This document shows, piece after piece, positions 27,157 through 43,879 of a stretch of DNA of 64,000 bases. Below the pieces are notes generated by a model, which saw only the letters and a list, made by a program, of their open reading frames with translations, did no database searches and had not been told where the DNA came from. The stretch lies in NCBI RefSeq assembly GCF_009914755.1, contig NC_060928.1; one strand, 5' to 3'. The first letter of the stretch is position 1; each line of letters opens with the position of its first letter. The stretch is from the human T2T-CHM13v2.0 reference genome, Homo sapiens. Position numbers and translations under genes: made by a program.

Positions 27157-29058
27157 CACCCATCAATCAACAAACACACACTTCCCCTCTACCTCTACAC
27201 CTCTACCTCTACCTACCTCTACCCCTACCCCTACCCCTACCTCTACCTCTACCTCCACGGTCTCCCTCTGATGCCGAGCCGAAGCTGGACTGTACTGCTG
27301 CCATCTCGGCTCACTGCAACCTCCCTGCCTGATTCTCTGCCTCAGCCTGCCGAGTGCCTGCCATTGCAGGCGCACGCCACCACGCCTGACTGGTTTTCGT
27401 ATTTTTTTGGTGGAGACGGGGTTTCGCTGTGTTGGCCGGGCTGGTCTCCAGCTCCTAACCGCGAGTGATCCGCCAGCCTCGGCCTCCTGAGGTGCCGGGA
27501 TTGCAGACGGAGTCTGGTTCACTCAGTGCTCAATGGTGCCCAGGCTGGAGTGCAGTGGCGTGATCTCGGCTCGCTGCAACCTCCACCTCCCAGCCGCCTG
27601 CCTTGGCCTCCCAAAGTGCCGAGATTGCAGCCTCTGCCCGGCCGCCACCCCGTCTGGGAAGTGAGGAGCGTCTCTGCCTGGCCGCCCATCGTCTGGGACG
27701 TGAGGAGCCCCTCTGCCTGGCTGCCCAGTCTGGAAAGTGAGGAGCATCTCTGCCTGGCCGCCATCCCATCTAGGAAGTGAGGAGCGCCTCTTCCCGGCCG
27801 CCATCCCATCTAGGAAGTGAGGAGCGCCTCTGCCCGGCCGCCCATCTTCTGAGATGTGGGGAGCACTTCTGCCCCGCCGCCCCGTCTGGGATGTGAGGAG
27901 CGCCTCTACCCGGCCGCGACCCCGTCTGGGAGGTGAGGAGCGTCTCTGCCCGGCCGCCCCGTCTGAGAAGTGAGGAGACCCTCTGCCTGGCAACTGCCCT
28001 GTCTGACAAGTGAGGAGCCCCTCCGCCCCGCAGCCGCCCCGTCTGAGAAGTGAGGAGCCCCTCCGCCAGGCAGCCACCCCGTCTGGGAAGTGAGGAGCGT
28101 CTCCGCCCGGCAGCCACCCCGTCCGGGAGGGAGGTGGGGGACAGCCCCCGCCAGGCCAGCCGCCCCGTCCGGGAGGGAGGTGGGGGAGTCAGCCCCCCAC
28201 CCGGCCAGCCGCCCGGTCCGGGAGGTGAGGGGCGCCTCTGCCCGGCTGCTCCTACTGGGAAGTGAGGAGCCCCTCTGCCTGGCCACCACCCCGTCTGGGA
28301 GGTGTACCCAACAGCTCATTGAGAACGGGCCATGATGACAATGGCGGTTTTGTGGAATAGAAAGGGAGGAAAGGTGGGGAAAAGATTGAGAAATCGGATG
28401 GTTGCCATGTGTGTGCAGAAAGAGGTAGACATGGGAGACTTTTCATTTTGTTCTGTACTAAGAAAAATTCTTCTGCCTTGGGATCCTGTTGATCTGTGAC
28501 CTTACCCCCAACCCAACCCTGTGCTCTCTGCAACATGTGCTGTGTCCACTCAGGGTTAAATGGATTAAGGGCGGTGCAAGATGTGCTTTGTTAAACAGAT
28601 GCTTGAAGGCAGCATGCTCGTTAAGATTCATCACCACTCCCTAATCTCAAGTACCCAGGGACACAAACACTGCGGAAGGCCGCAGGGTCCTCTGCCTAGG
28701 AAAACCAGAGACCTTTGTTCACTTGTTTATCTGCTGACCTTCCCTCCACTATTGTCCTATGACCCTGCCAAATGCCAAATCCCCCTCTGCGAGAAACACC
28801 CAAGAATGATCAATAAAAATAAATAAATTAATTAATTTAAAAAAATGCATTCAGGGAATAACATGACAAGAATGTCAGCAGAAAACTAGAAACTATAAAA
28901 AAGGATCATATGGAAATTCCAGAACTGAAAAATAGGATACTGAAATTAAGATTTGTAGTTATTAAAATCACAGACTGTGAGCCACACTGCCCAGGTTTAA
29001 GTCCGGGCTCCAGTCTCTGCCATGTACAATGCCAAAAAAAAAAAAAAAAAAAAAAAAA
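27157..29058 (+). mobile_element. SVA retrotransposon (SVA_D-like) with 3' transduction
   Basis: Hexamer head ~27184-27256, Alu-like domain, GC-rich VNTR (GGAAGTGAGGAGC units), SINE-R ending ATCAATAAA near 28810-28818, and a second poly(A) at 29034-29058. TSD ACACTTGTAATCATGTA at 27140-27156 and 29059-29075. Confidence 0.95.
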
Positions 29059-30190
29059 ACACTTGTAATCATGTATACCATGCGTTGACACAGCCTCATT
29101 TCCCAGGGAAAACTTCCATTCTCAGAGAATACAGCTTCTTTTTAAATTTTTAAAAATATTTTATTTAGCCTAATACATCCAAACATGCAATGAATATAAA
29201 ACATTATTAATGAGGTATTTTATATTTTTTCATTCTAAGTCTTCAAAATCCAGTGTGTGTTCTACACTTACAGAATATCTCAATTGGGTTATACCATTTT
29301 AGGCACTCAATCACGTTTGGCCAGAGACTACCATATTGGACAATGCAGGTTTAGAATAGCATTATCACAGCCATGCAAAGAAGTACAAGCCTAAGTCCAG
29401 TTAACAGCAGCCCACAGAGTTAATTCAAAATAAAGACTTCATACTTTATACTCTAAGCAACCCCATACATCTCTTCATAGCAGTTTCTCTGCCCACCCCT
29501 ATCCCATACCTGGGCACTTCTTTTTGGATTCAGGGCAGTAAAAATATGCTGTCAATTAGATGTGAACTGTAATTAGTTGTTGCTTGTTTTTTTTAACAAA
29601 GCTCTATTGAGTTATAATTCACAAACCATAAAAAAATTTCACCCATTTAAAATGTGTAATTCAATGACTAGGCATATTCACAGAGTGGTGCAACCATCAC
29701 CAAATCAATTTAGAACATTTTCATTACACTAAAAAGAAACACTATACCCCTTAGCTATCACCTCCACTTCTCCACGTATCCAAGCCCTAGGCAACCACCA
29801 ATCTACTCTATAGATCATACTGGTCTCTATAGATTTGTCTATTCTGGATATTTCACATAAATGCAATCATATAAAAAGTGGCCCTTTGTGACTGGCTTCT
29901 TTCACTTAGTATAGTGTTTCCATGGTTCGTCCACTCAATATTTCATTTTTAATTTTTTTATTGCCAAATGATTTTCAAGTGTATGTGTGTACCATATTTT
30001 ATTTATCCATTTATCAGTTGATGGATATTATGGCTCTTATGAAAAATGCTGCCATTGACATTCGCATAAAAGTTTTTGTGTAGACATATTTTCTCTTGGG
30101 TATATACCTAGGAGTGGAATTGCTGCATCATATGGTAACTCTGCATTTGGCCTTTTGAGGAACTGCCAGACTGAAAGCAGCTATACCATT

Positions 30191-32257
30191 TGTTCTATGA
30201 AACAGCCATATAGGAAAAGCAGCCCCCAAATGCCCTAGGAGCTGAGAAACCAAAGAACGAAGCAGACAAATCCAGTTTGTCAGTAAAGGGTGATTTATTT
30301 GGGGAACTTACCCACAGAAGCATGGTCAAAACAGGAGCAATACAGGTAGATCTCTGCAGCATTACTATCCAGACCCAGGACTTATAGACACCTTATATAG
30401 GGAAAGGAAGTACATGCTCTATAGAGACAGCTAAAGGCCACCTTCCAGAACAGGCGAGACTGCTATGTGCACCATAGCCTATAATATGTGTGATAACATC
30501 AATGTTGCTTTGATCTAAAATCAGGATCTGTAGTGAGTTCATGTTCTTACACTAAGGACAGGAAATAAAGTAGGAATCAGGAGGCATTCAGGATACTGGA
30601 GCTAATCAGAAGTCAGCATGGTGGATTAGCATCCAAGATAGAGCCCCTTTTGTCTCCACACTCCACCCCTCTAATCCGGCTCTTACAACCTCAAGCGCCC
30701 ACCTCTTCCATGATGGGTCCTGAGCCAGGGGGCTGCTGCAGTCATTTTGGGGATGTGGGTGACACATTGCATCAGTTTCTTTTCTACTTGTAAGCAGAGG
30801 CTGCAGCAACAATACAAACAACAGGCAATGATACCTGTGTCAAGTATGAGACACAGAATTAATCATGCCTTTGCCACCATATTTTCCAGAATCCAAACCA
30901 AGAGGCATTTTGCAGGGCAGAGCAGCAGCAGGAACAGAAGACTATGGGAGGAAATACAAGTCTCGAGTAGGTACTTGGCAGGGCAGTTCTTCCCCATCAA
31001 GCAAAATGGCTGTGGTAGCTTCATCTCTGTTAGTTATGACGCAAGCAGCCCGAGGATTATGGGCTGAGGGTGCACACCAAACGGGTTGCCTGAGGGGCGA
31101 GGGTAAGGTCACAGGGGCAGCAAAGGACCATACCAAGCAGCCACCAGAGTGCCTTTTAAAAAGGGCCATGTTCAGTGTATGGGTATGTGGAGCGTCTTGG
31201 TCCAGACTCCAGCAGGATCAATGAAGACCTCTTTAGTTGCCAAGGAATTCCCTATTCTGTAGCAAAAAAAAAAATACCTTATCCAACCTGGGGGAGATTG
31301 CCAGTCAAACTTCCATTCAAGTGTTCCCTCCTCTGCCTCAAGGTCTTGGGGAGTCCCAAATAATATTTGCTGTTGGCCTTTTATCAGCTCCGGTAGAAAT
31401 TTGTCTGGCTGGACTTTCTTTGCCACTGTGGTTAATGGACCATCCTCTACGGTGGTCCTGAGTTGTTGGTGTGGTGCCAGCCGTATATTTATCTCAACTG
31501 AATTAAAGTTTCTAAGGCCTTTGAGGTAGGAGGCAGGACTCGACTCCAGGGGCGGGGCTCAGACACTGGACCAGATTGAGGACTCACTAAAACAGGGCTG
31601 GGGTGAAAGCAGCTTTCAATCAGACACACCCACCAGCGTGCCACGTCAATTTACCATTGCCATGGCAACAGCCAGACATTACCACCCCTTTTCATGGCAA
31701 TGACCCAATGATTACTACCCCTTCCCTAGAAATTTCTGCATAAACTGCCCCATAATCTGCATGCAATTAAAAGTGGGTATAAATATGACTGCAAAACTGC
31801 CCTGAGTTGCTACTCTGTCTATGGGGTAGCCCTGCTCTGCAGGAGCAGTCAGGGAACTATAATACCACCAGAGATATAACACTGCCTGTTCAATAAAACT
31901 GTTTTCTTCTACCTCTGGCTTGAATTCTTTCCTGGGCAAAGGGAGAAGCCAATTCTGCTGAACTTAAAAAGGGATACCTAAAAGGCCCGGTTAGAATTAT
32001 CAGGAAACAAATGTGGTATGATCTGATCTCAGCTGGAGTAGGCAAAGAAAAAATAGATCAGCAACCCAATGCCAGAATAGTGGGCCTTTGAAAAACCTGA
32101 TTCTTGATCAACAGCTTAGACCCCTTCCTACTGTCTATAGTGAGTACACTAAGGATAGTAAATAAAGTAGGAATCAGGAGGCATTCATGGGACTGAGGCT
32201 AATCAGAAGTCAACATGGTGGATTTGCACCCAAGATAGAGCCACTTTTGTCTTGATA
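30191..32257 (-). mobile_element. Deleted ERV1 provirus (MER67/MER31-like LTRs) with env-tail remnant
   Basis: LTR 30191-30660 and a matching LTR fragment at ~32137-32257. Polypurine tract AGGGGTGGAG abuts the 3' LTR, and CATT is duplicated at both ends. Confidence 0.7.
31522..31945 (+). mobile_element. MER66-like ERV1 LTR nested in the provirus
   Basis: Starts TGAGGTAGGAGGCAGGACTCGACTCC, with TATAAA and AATAAA in LTR order. Confidence 0.6.
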
Positions 32258-32260
32258 TCA

Positions 32261-32476
<216 letters not shown>

Positions 32477-34442
32477 TTATTGATTTTGGTCTTTAATTTT
32501 TTCAATGGTCTTATATAGTTTCAGAGTATATGTTTTGTATTTCTTTTGTTCAGTTTATTTCTAAGTATCTTTTGATGCATTGTTTTTCAAATTTTTGATT
32601 TGTTCATTGTTGCTGTATAGAAATATCATAGATTTTTATATAGTGATGTGTATCTTGCAATCTTGCTGAACTTGTTTATTAGTTCTAATGGTTTTTTAGT
32701 GGTGTTACAGACTAAATGTGTGTGCTCCTCCAAAATTTATATGTTGAAGTCCCAACCCTCAATGTGATAATATCAGTTGGGAGGTAATCGAGTCTTGAGA
32801 GTGGAGCCCTCATGAATCGTATTAGTGCCCTTATAAAAAGACCCAAAGAGCTCACTAGTCCTTTTTCTGCCATGTGAGAGTATAAGAAAAGACAGAAGTC
32901 TACAACCCAGAGAAGGGCCCTCACCAGAAGACAACCATGCTGACACTCTGACCTCAGACTTCCAGGCTCTAGAACAATGAGAAATACATTTATGTTGTTT
33001 ATAAGCCACTCAGTTTCTAGCACTTTTTATAGCAGCCCAAATTGACTAAGACAAGCAGATTTCTAAGTATTTTCTATAAAGAAAATAATGTCATCTGCAA
33101 ATAGAGGCAGTTTTACTTCTTCCTTTCCAATATGGATTCTTAACTCCTAATTGCCCTGGCTAGTACCTCCAGTAAAATGTTAAATAGGAGTGGTGAGAGC
33201 AGGGCCAGGCACGGTCGGTCACACCTGTAATCCCAGAACTGTGGGAGGCTGTGGCAGAAGGATCACTTGAGGCCAGGGGTTCAAGATCAGCATATGCAAC
33301 ATAGGGAGACTCTGTCTCTACAAAAATAAAAAAAAAAATACCAAAATTAGCCAGGCATGGTGATGTGTGCCTAAAGTCCCAGCTACCCGGGAGGCTGAGG
33401 TCGGGGCATGGCTTGAGCCTGGAGGTCAAGGCTGCAGTGAGTTATAATCACACTACTGCTCTCCAGCCTGGGTAACAGAATGAGATCTAGTTTCAAAAAA
33501 ATGTAGTGGGAGCAGACATCCTTATCTTGTAGCTGATGTTAGGGCAAAAGCTTTAAGTATATGTTTTACCATTAAGTACAATGTTAACTGTGAGTTTTTC
33601 CATAGATGCTTTTTATCAGTTGAGAAAGTCCTCTTTTATTCCTAGCTTGTTGGGTGTTTTTATCATGAAGGAGTAGATAGTATGGTTTCTTAATCAATAA
33701 GGAAGGAAACAAATGCTGTGGGCACAGTGTCATAATTTGTGAGGTGCTTCTTGCAGTGAGGTTAGCACTCACATCAATTGTGCAGAATAGTGATCTTCCT
33801 TTCCCTCTTTTCCTCCCTACTGCCCCTACACAATCCTATAGTTTCTCTTACCCACCTGATCCTAGAACTTCAAAACTGCACCCTGTAAACGTGTTGGGAA
33901 TGAGAAATGTCATCACATTTACATTTACCTTTTAATAAATTCTCCCTTAATGATCTAAAGTTTTCCAGTCAAATTTTTGAAATTGCCACTGATATATCAG
34001 TACCTGAGTAAATCTTAGGTCATGACCAGCCACCCTCAGCTCTGTCTGAGCAGAGATTTGCCCTTTGCATTTCACAAAATGTTATAAGCACCTTTGTACA
34101 CAGTCGTGGTCTGAATCTTTTACTATTGCTTTAGGATAAATTTCTGGGAAAGAATGACTAGGTTGAAGGACATGAGCATTGTCATGTTACATAGCACCAA
34201 GTGCTCTCCATAAAGTTTGTTCCACTTTACCTGCGCTCCAAGAGTGTGCTGGGGTAGACATTCTACACATCCTCCACAAAAATAACATTATAGAGAGCTG
34301 TCAATTTTATAGATGTAGAGTGACATCTCATTATTGTTTTATTTTTTTTTTATTATTGGCAATATGTATCTCTTTAGTGAATTACCTGTTCATGTCATTT
34401 ACCTATTTTTCTTTCAGGGTTCTGTTTTTTACTATTTAATTG

Positions 34443-36820
34443 TGTAATAGTCCATTCTTGCACTGATGAAAAAAATACCTGAGACTAGGTAATTTATAAA
34501 GGAATGAGGTTTAATTGGCTCACAGTTCTGCAAGCTGTACAGGAAACACAGTGGCTTCTGATTCTGGCGAGGTCTCAGGAAACTTACAATCGTGGTGAAA
34601 AGTGAACAAGAGAGCAGGAACATGGCTGGAGCAGGAACAAGAGAGAGAGAGAGAGGAAGGGCTACATGCGTTCAAACAACCAGATCTCATAATATGATAA
34701 CTCACTTACTCACTAACATGAGAACATCACCAAGAAGATGATGCTAACCCACTCATGAGAACTCTACCCCCATCCAATCACCTCCCACTTGGTCCCACCT
34801 CCAACATGGGGGATTATAACTGGACATGAGATTTAGTGGGGACAGAGATCCAAATTATATCATTCCACCCCCAGCCCCTCCAAATTTCATGTCCTTCTCA
34901 TATTGCAAAATACAATCATCCCTTCTCAACAGTCCCCCAAAGTCTTATCTCATTCCAGCATTAATTCAAAAGAAGTCCAAAGTCTCAGCTGAGACAAGGC
35001 AAGTCCCTTCCACCTATGAGCCTGTAAAACCATAAGCAAGTTAGTTACTCTTAAACAGCAAGGGTACAGGCACTAGGTAAATACAACTGTTCCAAAAGGG
35101 AGAAATCAGCCAAAAGAAAGGGGCTACAGGCCCCATGCTAGTCTGAAACCCAGCAGGGCAGTCATTAAATCTTAAAGCTCCAAAATAATCTCCCTTGACT
35201 CCATGCCTCACATCCAAGGTACACTGGTGCAAGAGGTGGGCTCCCAAAGCATTGGGCAGCTCCTCCTCTGTGGCTTTGCAGGGTTCAGTCCCCACAGTTG
35301 CTCTCAAGAGCTGGTGTTGACTGCCTGCAGCTTTTCCAGGCACAAGGTGCAAGTTGCCAGTGGGTCTACTATTCTGGGGTCTTGAGGACAGTGGCCCTCT
35401 TCTGACAGCTCATCTAGGCAGTGCCACAGTGGGGACTCTGTGTGGTGGCTCCAACCCCACATTTCCCCTCCACACTGCCCTAGTAGAGGTTCTCCATGAG
35501 GGCTCTGGCCCTGCAGCAGGCTTCTGCCTGGACATCCAGGCTTTTACATACTTCTTCTGAAATCTAGGTGGAGGTTTCCAAGCCTCAACTCTTGCACTCT
35601 GCACACCTGAAGGCTTAACACCACGTGGAAGCTGCCAAGGCTTATAGCTTACACTCTCCGAAGCAGTGGCCTGAGCTGTACCTGGGCCACTTTGAGCCAT
35701 TGTTGGAGCTAGAGTGGCTGGGATGTGAGGAGCAGTGTCCCTGGGTCTGGTCCAGGAAACCATTCTTCCTTCCTAAGCCTCCTTAGGCTTGTGATGGAAG
35801 TGGCTGCCTCTAAGGTCTCTGAAATGCCTTTGAAGCCACCTCCCCATTTCTTGGCTATCAGCATTTGCCTTTCTTTTAGTTATGAAAATTTCTGCAGCCT
35901 GCTTAATTCCTCTCCTGAAAATGGGCTTTTCTTTTCTACCATATGGCCAGGATGCAAATTTTCCAAACCTTTACACTCTGCTTTCCTTTTAAATATAAGT
36001 TCAAGTTTCAGGTCATTTCTTTGCTCACACATAGGAGTATAGGTTGTTAGAAGCTGCCAGGCCACAAGTTGAACGCTTTGCTGCTTAGAAATTCATTCTG
36101 CCAGATACCCTAAATGGTCTCTCTCAAGTTCAAAGTTCCACAGATTCCTAGGGTAGGGACTCAATGTTTCCAAGTTCTTTGCTAACACTTAACAAAAGTG
36201 ACCTTTGCTCCAGTTCCTAGTAAGTTCCTCATTTCTATATGAGACCTCCTCAGCCTGGACTTCATTGTCCCTGTCACTATCAGCATTTTGGTCAAAACAA
36301 TTTAACAAGTCTCCAGGAATTTCCAAATTTTTCTTCATCTTCCTGTCTATTTCTGAGCCCTCCACACTCTTCTAACCCCTGCCTGTTACCCAATTCCGAA
36401 GCTGCTTCCACATTTTCAGGCATTTTTATAGCAATGCCCCCTTCCTCAGTACCAATTTTCTGTATTAGTTCATTCTTGCACTGCTATAAAGAAATACCTG
36501 AGACTAACTAATTTATAAAGAAAAGGGATTTAATTGGCTCACAGTTCCACAGGCTGTACAGAAAGCATAGTGGCTTCTGTTTCTGGAGAGTCCTCACAGA
36601 GCTTTCAATCATGATGGAAGGCAAAGGGGGAGCAAGGTGTCTTCCACAGCAGGAACAGAAGCAAGAGAGAGTGTGGGGAGGTGCTACATACTTTTAAACA
36701 ACCAGATCTTACAATAACTCATTCACTCACTATCACGAGAACAGCACTAAGGCAATGATGTCAACCCATTCATGAGAACTCCTCCCCCATGATCTAATTA
36801 CTTCTCACCAGGCCCCACAT
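34443..36820 (-). mobile_element. Near-complete MST (MaLR) element: LTR-internal-LTR
   Basis: Two homologous LTRs (34443-34862 and ~36461-36820, the latter truncated) flank THE1/MST-type internal sequence; PPT GGGGGTGGAA lies next to the 3' LTR. Confidence 0.85.
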
Positions 36821-37004
36821 TCATTTTTATATAAACAAGTAAGTTCCCCTTTTCTTTGCTATTACTGTCTTTCAGATGTGTGCTGGTAAAGCAGTTTCAA
36901 AAGAAAAGTCTGATTTGTAGCATTTGCTGATATCTGCAGTGTCAGTATTCCCGCTATTGCTGAGGGCTAGCTACCAACTAATTTTTTGGCAAAGCTCTTG
37001 AATA

Positions 37005-37332
<328 letters not shown>

Positions 37333-38015
37333 TGAATACTTTAGAATCAGATTTAACAAATCTGTGCAAGCAAGCTCCAGCACACCATGGCTACCCTGGT
37401 TTTAGATTTAGAAAGTTTTTCTCCATAACAAGATAAGATAGATATACGTGTATCTGTTCTTCGCAAATGTATTTTTTTAGTTTTTTTAATTTTCAATTAT
37501 CCAAGTAATAAATGTTTACTGTAGGAAAATCAGGAAATATAAATAAATTTTAAAATATTTGAATAAGCAGTAATCTCACCAAATAGAATCACACCAATAT
37601 CATTTTTAGAGCAACCATGCAGTCATTTTTCTCTATATGTTAACATTCTTTAGATTCTTGGCTCCTACTGCAAATTGTGGTTCAGAAAATTTATAACAAT
37701 TTATCTACTTACACATGCCCAAGTGCATGCACACACACATAGCATCATACTACGTATACTGTTTGTAATATGCTTTTCTTAACCTATAATCGATCATAAA
37801 TATCTTTTCATGTCAGTAATTATCCATTTACAATTTCATGATTATTGGCTGGATAATATTCCTTTTTATTTATAATGCAATTTTTAATATTTTAGTTTAT
37901 AATGCATTTTACCAGTCTTCTGTTGTTGGACATTTAAATTGCTTCCAATTTTCACAATTAGAAACAATTCTGCAATAAGCAGCAATGTTTCCTTGGGATG
38001 TGTATGAACAATTAC

Positions 38016-38324
<309 letters not shown>

Positions 38325-40229
38325 GAACAATTATTTTTTTAATATATATTCTATAAAGTGGACTTTTTGAACCAATAGACATAAACCCATACCACTATTC
38401 TTTGCCTTTTTTTCTATTACTATAGATGAAATGTCTTTTTTATTAATTATTTAACCCAAATTTAGGATACTTTTTTTAGATTGCTCATCTGCCATATAAT
38501 TCAATAGCCTATCAACAATGTGGTTTCTCTTCTCATCTGTTGGTTGTACTGATTACATAATAAGGTGTTGACTGGAACTTGTCCTATGACTTGGGTCCAA
38601 AACTGAAGACAAAGAAGTATTATGTACCACATTCTATACAAAGCTGCTAGCAACTGAAGCATGTCCCCCGGGGCATTCTAAGAAGCAGTAGAACCAGATA
38701 GCACTGTCCACAGCATCGCCTCACCCTACCTTCCCCCATTCACCTGAGAATGCTGGGGAGGGTGACAAGAGAGTCAGCAGCACCAGGAGATGAGTGTTAA
38801 TGATGTAAGCCTGCAAGCTCTTCTCCCTATGCAAGAGATGACATCTCTTTCTCAAGCCAAGTGAAGGGGAAATAACAGTAAAATTACTCTTAGACACGGG
38901 ACAGGCAGATCAGGCATTTCTTTCCTCAAGAGGATTCTTGTTTTGATGCAGCAATGTGTAGGATCACCCTCTGAGGTTGATCCCCCTGCCCATCTGAGCA
39001 GTATTAGAGAACATTACACGTGCCCCCTGGGGGTTCAGGAGTGTAAATTAGTAGAGCGACTGGTGTCTACTCTGTTGGAGATTTCCATTGGACCAACCCT
39101 TGCCAACTGGCAATTAGAGACTGTGGTGTCAGGTACCTGGGAAAGGGGGTGTATCTCCACCTCAGCATCCCATGGGCCACACACACACAAAAAGGCACAG
39201 GAGGGCTTCATCAGCTCCTGTGGCTCCATGCAAGGGAGAATGGAGGCCATAGGATAAGACCAGAGCTATAGGAAACAGAGACATCTGGTCATCCTGAGCC
39301 CTTGAATGATTTTGTGGAATAGAGACAGCTTACCTATTCTAGACCTCTTAGCTATACTTTTTTCTATTATATGAGAAAGAAATAAACCTCAATCTTATTT
39401 AAGCCTCTGTATTTGAGGTCTCCCAGTCCTGCAGCTTAGACTGTACCTTAATCGACACAATTATAGAAAAGGATATCTGCCTTCTTACCACTCATCCCTG
39501 ATCTCCACTTCAGGGAGCTAGATCTGGGAGAGGGAGGGGCAAGAAGAGTGTATCTCAGATAAACCATGCCTACCTCCAAAATATATGCCAAGGTTGAGCT
39601 ACAGACCTAGCCTGTGACATGCAGAAAGAAGATGAGTTTTAGATGAAGATGGAGATTTAGAATTTTAAACTAGATTGGAGTATCAGTATCTCAAAAGGAC
39701 TGCAGAAGTATTAAATCTGCTCAAGATATCACTAAGGAGTGACAAGAGGGGAATTTCAGAATCCAGTTGATGGAATGACTGAGAAAAATAAACACTACTT
39801 CACATTTGGACTAGATGATGTTGAGATTCCTCATAAACTAACCGTAATTGAAACTCTCAGAAAGTCCCTGTGGTTTTAGAAATCCCCTCAGGTCTTTTAC
39901 TCCCTGTAGTTTAGTCTCATTCCTTTCTAATCAAACCAGTCCCCAGAAACCTAGACAGAAATACCTCCTCCTTTCCCCATATTTGTGGTCTCATTCTCTT
40001 TAAAACTCCCACACTCTCACCGTTTATATCCCGGGTCTCCATCCACTGTCTCTTTCCTGTGCTCTTACACCCATCCACTCTATTCTCTTTGCCTATTACT
40101 CCTTTCTTTGTACCTCTGACTTTCCAAGCAGCTTCTTTTAGAGTCTTCACTCTTTCCAGGATAACATTTCTTTTCTGCTGCCACACTCAACTGAGTCTCC
40201 AGGGCATCAGAGCTGGTCATGCCAACTCC

Positions 40230-40955
40230 AGAGGACTGGGTTGAATAGTGTCCTCCACCCAACCTCCAAACATTTATGTCCATTTATTTCAGATTTATTC
40301 TGAAATCTCAGAATGTGACCTCATTGAAAAAAGAGTCTTTGTAGATCTAATTAAGTTAAGGACCAAGATGTGATGGCATCAGATTAAGGAGGCTCCTAAA
40401 TCCAACTAGAGTGTCCTTGTAAGAGACAGGAAAAAAAAGACAGAGACTTGGAGGAGAACACCATGTGAAGACACAGGCACAGATTATTGATTATTTAACC
40501 CAAATTTGGGATACATTTTTTTAGATTGCGCATCTGCCATGTATGTCAATAGCCTACCAATAATTTTGGTTTCTCTTCTCATCTGTTGGTTCTACTGATT
40601 ACGTAATAGGGTGTTGACTGGAACTTTTCTTATGACTTGGGTCCAAAACTAAAGACAAAGAAGTATTATGTACCACATTCTATAGAAAGCTGCTAACTAC
40701 TGGGGCATGTCCTCCAGGGCATTCTAAGAAGCAGCTGATGCATCTGCAAACCAAGGGACGCCAAGGTTTGCCAGCAACTACCAGAAGCTAGGAGAGAGGA
40801 AAGGGATGATTTCTCCCTGACAGCCTCTGGAAGGAACAACCCTGCCAACCTTGATTTCTGACTTCTGCCTTCCTGAACTGGGAGAAATATATTTCTGTTG
40901 TTTTAAGCCACCCAGTTTGTGGTAATTTGTTTTGGTAGCCACAGGAAACTAACAC
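40230..40955 (+). mobile_element. MLT1C-like LTR split by a ~250-bp insertion
   Basis: The LTR consensus breaks at ...CACAGATT (~40485) and resumes at CTGATGCATCTGCAAACCAAGG (40735). Confidence 0.75.
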
Positions 40956-41172
40956 ATCCAGCAACACTGCCAATTTGATGCTTTCTTCGCTCATGGTATT
41001 CTTTCACTTCCAACTTTGCACCCACTGTGCCCTCCCCTTTGAAGGGTCTTCCCAGCCACATGCCCAGGACCCTTCCCAGCCACATGCCCAGGATCCTCCT
41101 GATGAAAGATCTTTCATCAAGGCTCATCCTAGCAGCCCTCCCTGGTCACTAACCTAGGTTTCTTATCTCTTT

Positions 41173-43592
<2,420 letters not shown>

Positions 43593-43879
43593 CTTTCCTC
43601 ATCCAAACTCATCTCTGCCATGCCCCATTCCTTTTAACAGGTCATCTTACTACGGGATCTATTGTTTATTCTTATCACAGTGTTAAGAACTGAAAACGTG
43701 TTGAGGCAAACTTACCAAATTGTGGCATTGGACGGGGGAATGAGAAGGAATAGTGCAAACATGGATGGAGGAGATACTTTATTTGTATGGATTTTTGTTT
43801 TGTTTTGCCTCCTTTTCGCTTTTTTGTTTTTCTTTGTTTTTTGTTTTAGGTCTTTCTGGATCAATTTTTCAACCTCCCA

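Noticed and set aside
27163-28826. Many overlapping 65-184 aa ORFs
   Set aside because: Artefacts of the GC-rich SVA Alu-like/VNTR/SINE-R sequence.
34826-36511. ORF cluster in the MST internal region
   Set aside because: Fragmented MaLR internal sequence with no intact ORF.
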